64,000 nucleotides of DNA. Source: an uncultured delta proteobacterium. Its GTDB lineage: Bacteria > Desulfobacterota > Binatia > Binatales > Binataceae. Location of the stretch: positions 1,024,001 through 1,088,000 of the forward strand of contig CAVQEQ010000001.1 of the NCBI GenBank assembly GCA_963711565.1. Direction: 5' to 3'. Each line of letters begins with the position of its first letter. Within the stretch, counting starts at the first letter, position 1. The notes beneath the pieces were generated by a model. It was given only the letters and a program-made list of their open reading frames with translations, was not told the DNA's origin and did no database searches. The translations under genes and the position numbers were made by a program. Of this stretch, positions 57,787 to 64,000 are shown one piece after another.

Positions 57787-60330
57787 ATGCGTCGTGTCAT
57801 CGTAATCGCCGCCGCAATTGTTGGAGCCGTCGTTATTTTCGCCGGCGCGATCCTCTTCTACGCCGCCACTAACCTCAACTCGATCATCGCCGAGCGCCGC
57901 CAGAAGGTCCTCGACAAGGTCAGTACCGCGCTCGGTCGGCAGGTTCATGCCGACGACATCAAGGTTAGTCTCGGTTGGGGCATCATGGCCGACGTGACGG
58001 GTGTGCAGGTCGCCGACGATCCCGATATCTCGAGCAAGCCGTTCATCGAGGCGAGCAACGTTTATACGCACCTGCAACTGCTGCCGCTGCTGGCCCGGCG
58101 GATCGAAGTCACCGAAGTCGTGCTCGAAAAGCCGGTGATCCGAATCGTGCAGACTCGCGACGGTTCTTTCAATGTCTCGACGCTCGGCCGGAAAAAAGTC
58201 CATACCGACGAGGAATCTGGCGAAGGCGAAGGCGAGGGCGGCAAGGGCGGCGGCGCGAACGAAGAATCGCCGATGGCCGAAGCGCGCCGCGCGCCGGCGG
58301 CGCTGGGCTCGTTGCTGGTGCGGAATTTCGCAATCAACGACGGCACTCTCATTTTTCAGACGCAGGGCGCGCCGGAATCTGCCACCGTCAACGCGATCGA
58401 TCTCAAGGTGAGCGACTTCGGCTTTCAGGCGCCGTTCACCATCGCGCTAACCTTCCAGGCGCTCGGCGACCAGCAGAACTTCGATCTCTCCGCGACCATC
58501 GGGCCGCTGATAAGCAACGGCGTTATCGATATCGACGCGATTCCGATGACCGGGAAAGCCAAGGTTGGCCCGATTCTGATGTCGCAGCTCCAGACGATCC
58601 CGATGCTCGCGAAGGCTATACCGCCGAAGCTTTCGATTTCCGGCCCGCTCAACGTCAACGCGACGGCCGACGGCACCCTTCAATCGATCAAGTTCACGGC
58701 TTCGAGCGATTTGAGCGCGCCCGCTGTCGCGTTCGGCGACACCTTCAACAAGCCCGCCGACACACCACTGAAGATTGTTGCGGAGGGTGCGCAGACGGAT
58801 ACCGGGGTGGCGGTGACGCTCGCCAACGTCACGCTCGGCGACCTCGAGGCGAAGGCGACGGATATTAAAGTCGGCGGCGGCACGACCGCGGCGCACGTCG
58901 ATACCAACAGCTTCGATATCGCTTCGCTCACGAGAATTATCCCGCCGCTTGCCCGGTACAACCTCGCCGGCAAGACCGAGATTCACACCGCCGCGAGTTT
59001 TGCGAATCACAAGGCGTCGGCTGATGGTACCGTCGCTCTCGCCGGCGTCGGATTCTCGATTCCCGATCAAAAACTGCCGCCCCTCAGCAATATCAGCGGC
59101 AACATCCAGCTCGCGGGCACCAGCGCCAACGTCGGCCCTCTGACCTTCAACCTGGGCGCGCAGCAGGCGACGTTGAAGTCGCACATCGACCAGTTCCAGC
59201 CACTGGTCATGAGCTACGAGCTGAACGCTGCGTCGGTTCGCCTGGCGGATCTCGCGCCGTCGCGACCGCCCAACGAGGTGATCAACCAGCTCTTCGCCAA
59301 GGGCGCAGTCTCGATCGGCTCGATGACGGGTCGAACCGTCGATTCCGATATCACATCGCCGTCGGGCAACCTCGCAAACGTGCCGTATCAGAATTTGCGG
59401 TTGTCGCTGTCGCTCGTGGACAAGCAGGTGCGGGTGACTTCGCTCAAGCTGAAGGCATTCACGGGCGACATCGTCGCCACGGGCAACACCCGGCTCGAGG
59501 CGTCGGCGCCGATGCAGGCCTCGATCAGCTTCACCAATCTCAACGTCCAGCAGGCACTCGACTCGCAAAAATCCAAGGCAGCCGGCACGGTTCGCGGGAC
59601 GCTCGGTGGAAACATCAGCGTCAGCGGAACGACTGGCGCCTTCGACAAGATGAAGCCGACGCTGAAGGGCAACGGCAAGCTCGTGCTGACCAACGGCAAA
59701 CTGATCGGCGTCAACATCGGCGGCCAGGCGCTCAAGAAGGTGCACAAGCTGCCGGGCATCGGCAATCTCGTGCCGCAGTCCGTCGTCCAGAATCACCCCG
59801 AGCTGTTCAGCAACCCCGACACCGACATCCAGCTCGCGAGTCTGACCTTCGTGCTCGAAGGTCCGCGAATCACCTCGCACGACATCAAGGCGCAGACGGT
59901 CGATTACAATCTGCTCGGCGACGGATGGTTCGACATGGACAAGAACATCGATCTCGCCGCGCACATCGTGCTCTCGCCGCAATTCAGCAAGGAGCTGATC
60001 GAGCAGAAGAAGGAAGTCGCATTCATCGCGAACAAGGACGGACAAATCGACATCCCGCTGCAAGTCGTCGGGCAACTGCCCAAGCCGCAAGTCCTGCCCG
60101 ACGTGACGCAACTCGCGCAGACGGCGGCGAACAACGCGATGCACGCGCAGGGCCAGAAGTACCTGGGCAAAGTTTTCGGCAAAAAGGGAATTCCGAAAGG
60201 ATTGAGCAAATTCTTCGGCGACGACTCGGGCGGAAACGACAACTCCGGCAACGGCTCGGGCGGCGCCAATGGAGGAGGCAACTCCAATCCCAAGCCGAAT
60301 CCGCTGGATCAGCTGAAGAAGTTGTTCTGA
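57787..60330 (+). CDS. AsmA-family protein
   Basis: N-terminal anchor, LLPLL..IEV.EVVLEKP, beta-rich body. Confidence 0.85.
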   Translation: MRRVIVIAAAIVGAVVIFAGAILFYAATNLNSIIAERRQKVLDKVSTALGRQVHADDIKVSLGWGIMADVTGVQVADDPDISSKPFIEASNVYTHLQLLPLLARRIEVTEVVLEKPVIRIVQTRDGSFNVSTLGRKKVHTDEESGEGEGEGGKGGGANEESPMAEARRAPAALGSLLVRNFAINDGTLIFQTQGAPESATVNAIDLKVSDFGFQAPFTIALTFQALGDQQNFDLSATIGPLISNGVIDIDAIPMTGKAKVGPILMSQLQTIPMLAKAIPPKLSISGPLNVNATADGTLQSIKFTASSDLSAPAVAFGDTFNKPADTPLKIVAEGAQTDTGVAVTLANVTLGDLEAKATDIKVGGGTTAAHVDTNSFDIASLTRIIPPLARYNLAGKTEIHTAASFANHKASADGTVALAGVGFSIPDQKLPPLSNISGNIQLAGTSANVGPLTFNLGAQQATLKSHIDQFQPLVMSYELNAASVRLADLAPSRPPNEVINQLFAKGAVSIGSMTGRTVDSDITSPSGNLANVPYQNLRLSLSLVDKQVRVTSLKLKAFTGDIVATGNTRLEASAPMQASISFTNLNVQQALDSQKSKAAGTVRGTLGGNISVSGTTGAFDKMKPTLKGNGKLVLTNGKLIGVNIGGQALKKVHKLPGIGNLVPQSVVQNHPELFSNPDTDIQLASLTFVLEGPRITSHDIKAQTVDYNLLGDGWFDMDKNIDLAAHIVLSPQFSKELIEQKKEVAFIANKDGQIDIPLQVVGQLPKPQVLPDVTQLAQTAANNAMHAQGQKYLGKVFGKKGIPKGLSKFFGDDSGGNDNSGNGSGGANGGGNSNPKPNPLDQLKKLF

Positions 60331-60343
60331 TCTTTTCCTATCT

Positions 60344-60384
60344 GGTTCCCCTTCCCGCGCGGGAAGGGGTTAGGGGTTAGGTTC
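60344..60384. repeat. 41-bp palindromic intergenic repeat (identical to 4844-4884)
   Basis: Exact match; lies between convergent genes. Confidence 0.9.
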
Positions 60385-60423
60385 TTCGAACCTTCACGCC
60401 GCCGCTTTCCGCACAGAACGACG

Positions 60424-62760
60424 CTACAGATTCATCTGCACGATCGTTGCGCCCGCGCCACCGTGATGCGGTTCGGCGCCCCGAAACGACGCGCAATACG
60501 GCAACGTCCCGAGGTATTCCGCCACGGCCTTCCTCAGCGCCCCCGATCCAATTCCGTGAACGATTCGCACTTCCGCCCGATTGGTCAGGAACGCGGTGTC
60601 GAGAAATTCCTCGAGCTTGCGCAGCGCGTCCGTCGTGCGCATCCCGATGAGGTTCAACTCGTTGCCCTCGGCACCCTCGAAGCTGAAGGTGATGGTCGCG
60701 GCTTTCGGTTGCGCGGGACGATTCTCGGCGACGATCGCCGACGACCTGCGCAGGCGCTCGGGCGCGACTTCGATCCGCAGGCCGCCGCGGCTGATCACGG
60801 CGCGGGTCGCATCGAGCACGATCAATTCGCCGCGAATGTCGCCGACCTGCACGGTGTCGCCGACCTTGAGCGGTGCATCGGACTCCGGCGCGTCCTCAGG
60901 GGCCGGCGCGAGGCCCTCGAGTTTCGCCGCCGCCTTGGTGATGAACCCCTTCAAATCGGTGCGCGACTTCGCTCGCGTCTTTAACTCGTCCATGAGCGCG
61001 GCGCCGTCGCGCCTTAGCTCCTCGATCAGCTCGGCGACTTCGGCGCGCAGCCGCTTGCGATCCGCCTCTGCACCCACGCGCGATTTTTCGGCATCCTGGA
61101 TCAGTTCATCCTCGACACTGGCGAGACTGGCTTCGCGCGCGCGCAGTTTTTCGACTTGCTCATTCAGCTTGGCGCGCTCAGCGTCCAGTCTTTTCAACGA
61201 GTCGGTCAGCTCGATAGTGCCGGTGCCCATCGATTGCTCGGCCGCGCGGATTATTTCCTCGGGCAGTCCGAGCCGGCGCGCGACCGCGAGGCCGTAACTC
61301 TGCCCAATCGTGTGCGGCTTCAGTCGATAAAGCGGCGCAAGGTGCTCGGCGTCGAAGTCCACCGCCGCGGCCTCGAACCCGGCTTGCGAGTATGCGTGCA
61401 GCTTCACGGCGGTCGAATGCGTCGCGATCGCGAGCATGCAACGCCGCGTCCCGAGATGGTTCATCAGGCCGATTGCGAGCGCCGCGCCTTCTGCCGGGTC
61501 CGTCCCTGCGCCCGGCTCGTCGAGAATCATCAGCGCCGGCTCGTCGAGCGACCTGATTATCTCCGACAGGTTTGCGATATGGCCCGAGAAGCTCGACAGG
61601 TTCGACTCGATCGATTGCTCGTCGCCGATATCGGCGAACACACTGCGAAACACCGTCGCCTTGCTGCCGGTCAGCGCGGGAATCAGCATCCCCGCCTGCG
61701 CCATCAGCGACAGCAGCCCAACCGTCTTGAGCGCGACCGTTTTGCCGCCGGTGTTCGGCCCCGAGATGACGATGCCGCGCTGGCCGGCGCCGATTTTCAC
61801 GTCGATCGGGATCACGTCGCGGCCGCTGGTCATCAACAGCGGATGGCGCGCGCCGATAAAATCGATTCCCTCGTCCACGAGCTGCGGCTCGATGCATCGA
61901 AAGCGCTCGGCGAACAGCGCGCGCGCGTTGAGCGCGTCGAGCGCGACCATCGCGTCGAAGGTGAGCTGCAGTTCCGGCGCGTAGCCGCCGACCATCGCCG
62001 TCAGCCGCGCGAGGATACGCGTTTCTTCCGCCTCGGCTTCGCGCTCGAGCATCATCAGCCGGTTGTTCAGCTCGACCGCCCACATCGGCTCGACGAACAG
62101 CGTCTCGCCCGACACGCTGCGGTCCTGCACGATTCCCTCGAAGCGCTCCGAGTAATTCAGCTTCATCGGCAACACGAAGCGCCGGTTGCGAATCGTCACG
62201 ATATAATCCGAGACGAACGATTCCATGCCCGACGCGTTGAGCGAGCGCAGCAGGCGCGCTTCGAGGTCGGCGCGCTCGTCGCGCAGCCGGCTGCGGAGCC
62301 GCTTCAGCTCGGGGCTCGCGTCATCGAGGAGTTTGCCATCGTCGGCCAGCGCACCGAGCATCGCGTCGGCGAGTTCCTTGGGCGCGAGCAGGTTGTGCAC
62401 CAACGCCGCCACATGGGGGAAGCGCTCGACCCGCGAGCGCAGAAATCCGCCGACGTGGCGCGAACCGACGATAAAGTCGCGCACTTTCACCAGCGCTTCG
62501 CCGCCGAGGATCGCCCCGACGCGCGCCGCCGCGAGCAGGTACGGCCGCTGATCGCTAAATTCGCTAATCGGAATCGAGCCGGCGTGCGAGCGCAACTCGA
62601 CCATCTCGGCGGTCGCCGTCAGCCGCCGTTGCACTTCTGCGGCGTCGATCGACGGGCGCAACTCGGCGGTCGCCTCGCGACCCGGATCGGAAGCGCAGAG
62701 ATCCATGACGAGGTGAATCACCTTGTCGAATTCGAGAGCTTTCAGATCGCGTTCGCGCAT
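60424..62760 (-). CDS. mutS2: MutS2 ATPase/endonuclease
   Basis: ISGPNTGGKT, DIGDEQSI, DEPGAGTDP and C-terminal Smr IVHGIGSGALR. Confidence 0.95.
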   Translation of the reverse strand: MRERDLKALEFDKVIHLVMDLCASDPGREATAELRPSIDAAEVQRRLTATAEMVELRSHAGSIPISEFSDQRPYLLAAARVGAILGGEALVKVRDFIVGSRHVGGFLRSRVERFPHVAALVHNLLAPKELADAMLGALADDGKLLDDASPELKRLRSRLRDERADLEARLLRSLNASGMESFVSDYIVTIRNRRFVLPMKLNYSERFEGIVQDRSVSGETLFVEPMWAVELNNRLMMLEREAEAEETRILARLTAMVGGYAPELQLTFDAMVALDALNARALFAERFRCIEPQLVDEGIDFIGARHPLLMTSGRDVIPIDVKIGAGQRGIVISGPNTGGKTVALKTVGLLSLMAQAGMLIPALTGSKATVFRSVFADIGDEQSIESNLSSFSGHIANLSEIIRSLDEPALMILDEPGAGTDPAEGAALAIGLMNHLGTRRCMLAIATHSTAVKLHAYSQAGFEAAAVDFDAEHLAPLYRLKPHTIGQSYGLAVARRLGLPEEIIRAAEQSMGTGTIELTDSLKRLDAERAKLNEQVEKLRAREASLASVEDELIQDAEKSRVGAEADRKRLRAEVAELIEELRRDGAALMDELKTRAKSRTDLKGFITKAAAKLEGLAPAPEDAPESDAPLKVGDTVQVGDIRGELIVLDATRAVISRGGLRIEVAPERLRRSSAIVAENRPAQPKAATITFSFEGAEGNELNLIGMRTTDALRKLEEFLDTAFLTNRAEVRIVHGIGSGALRKAVAEYLGTLPYCASFRGAEPHHGGAGATIVQMNL

Positions 62761-62827
62761 CGCTAATATCCAGCCAGCTTTCTAATATTTAGCCCAACTT
62801 CGGGCCGCAGGCATCAAGGATACTCAC

Positions 62828-64000
62828 ATGGATCGAATTGAATCTCGGCTGAACCTCAACTCCGACGAGTTCCGCCGCAACCGCGACGCGATGGACACGC
62901 TGGTCAGGCGCCTGCGCGATGAGATCGAGCGCGTTCGCCAGGGCGGTCCGGCGCCGGCGCGCGAGCGGCACATCGAACGCGGCAAGATGCTCGCGCGCGA
63001 CCGTGTCAAAAAACTTCTCGACCCCGGCAGTCCGTTCCTCGAGCTGTCTCCCCTCGCGGCGTTCAATATGTACGACGGCGAATCGCCGTCCGCGAGCATC
63101 ATCACCGGCATCGGCAGAATCCACGGCCGCGAAGCAGTCATCGTCGCCAACGACGCGACGGTCAAGGGCGGCACGTATTTTCCGATGACGGTGAAGAAGC
63201 ATCTGCGCGCGCAGCAAATCGCGATCGAGAATATGCTGCCATGCGTTTACCTGGTCGATTCGGGCGGCGCATTTCTGCCGATGCAATCCGAGATTTTTCC
63301 CGACGAGCGCCACTTCGGCCGCATCTTCTACAACCAGGCGCGGATGTCCGCGAAAGGAATCGCGCAGGTCGCGGTCGTGATGGGCAGTTGCACGGCGGGC
63401 GGCGCGTACGTCCCCGCGATGTGCGACGAGAACATCATCGTGCGCGAGGAGGGAACGATTTTCCTGGCGGGACCGCCCTTAGTACGCGCGGCGACCGGTG
63501 AAGAGGTCACGGCCGAGGAGCTCGGCGGCGGCGACGTTCACACGCGGCTCTCCGGCGTGAGCGATCATCTGGCCGACGACGACGAGCATGCGCTCCAGAT
63601 TGCGCGCGCCATCTTCGAGAATCTTGGCCCTCGCACCGCCAGCGGCGTGCTCGAGCAGGACGCGCCCGAGGATCCGCACTACGATCCCGCCGAACTCTAC
63701 GGCATCATCCCGGTCGATACCCGCAAGCCGTACGACGTGCGCGAGGTGATCGCGCGGCTGGTGGACGGCAGCCGCATGCACGAATTCAAGTCGCGCTACG
63801 CCACGACGCTCGTCACGGGATTCGCGCGCATCTACGGCTATCCCGTCGGCATCATCGCCAACAACGGCGTGCTGTTCAGCGAGTCTGCGTTGAAGGCGAC
63901 GCATTTCATCGAGCTGTGCTGCGCGCGCCGCATCCCGCTGCTCTTCCTGCAAAACATCACCGGTTTCATCGTCGGCAAGCGCTACGAGCAGGGCGGTATC
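62828..64000 (+). CDS. Methylcrotonyl-CoA carboxylase beta (carboxyltransferase) subunit, runs off the window
   Basis: Manual translation: [40 protein letters not shown] and QNITGF. Confidence 0.9.
   Translation, partial: MDRIESRLNLNSDEFRRNRDAMDTLVRRLRDEIERVRQGGPAPARERHIERGKMLARDRVKKLLDPGSPFLELSPLAAFNMYDGESPSASIITGIGRIHGREAVIVANDATVKGGTYFPMTVKKHLRAQQIAIENMLPCVYLVDSGGAFLPMQSEIFPDERHFGRIFYNQARMSAKGIAQVAVVMGSCTAGGAYVPAMCDENIIVREEGTIFLAGPPLVRAATGEEVTAEELGGGDVHTRLSGVSDHLADDDEHALQIARAIFENLGPRTASGVLEQDAPEDPHYDPAELYGIIPVDTRKPYDVREVIARLVDGSRMHEFKSRYATTLVTGFARIYGYPVGIIANNGVLFSESALKATHFIELCCARRIPLLFLQNITGFIVGKRYEQGGI

Overview
A GC-rich bacterial chromosome segment. It is probably from Candidatus Binatota/Binataceae or a related deltaproteobacteria-like lineage; this is inferred from gene content and a characteristic small secreted-protein family. 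It contains the replication origin (dnaA-dnaN, DnaA boxes on both sides of dnaA, and a DnaA-trio unwinding element). Housekeeping genes include pyrD, thyX, rdgB, ddl, guaB, ftsB, hemJ, gloB, fabI, a UvrD-family helicase, pstS, hemL, the F0 ATP synthase genes, mutS2 and a methylcrotonyl-CoA carboxylase beta subunit. A small accessory region (~17.1-21.2 kb) carries a C5 DNA methyltransferase, a GIY-YIG nuclease and Vsr. The most notable signals are non-coding or tiny: (1) a DUF559 nuclease gene bracketed by 42-bp inverted hairpin/G-quadruplex repeats, with relatives scattered through the window; (2) a 34-aa Lys-rich ORF with its own promoter and terminator, whose RBS and ORF are enclosed by a long-range 5'/3' UTR helix; (3) a leaderless 12-aa uORF plus terminator in front of guaB (candidate attenuator); (4) a REP-like palindrome inserted in-frame in rdgB; (5) a 24-bp mini-element nested in two unrelated repeats. 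Several frameshifts (hemL, ArnT-like gene, methylase) may be assembly errors. No rRNA, tRNA, CRISPR array or transposase was seen.
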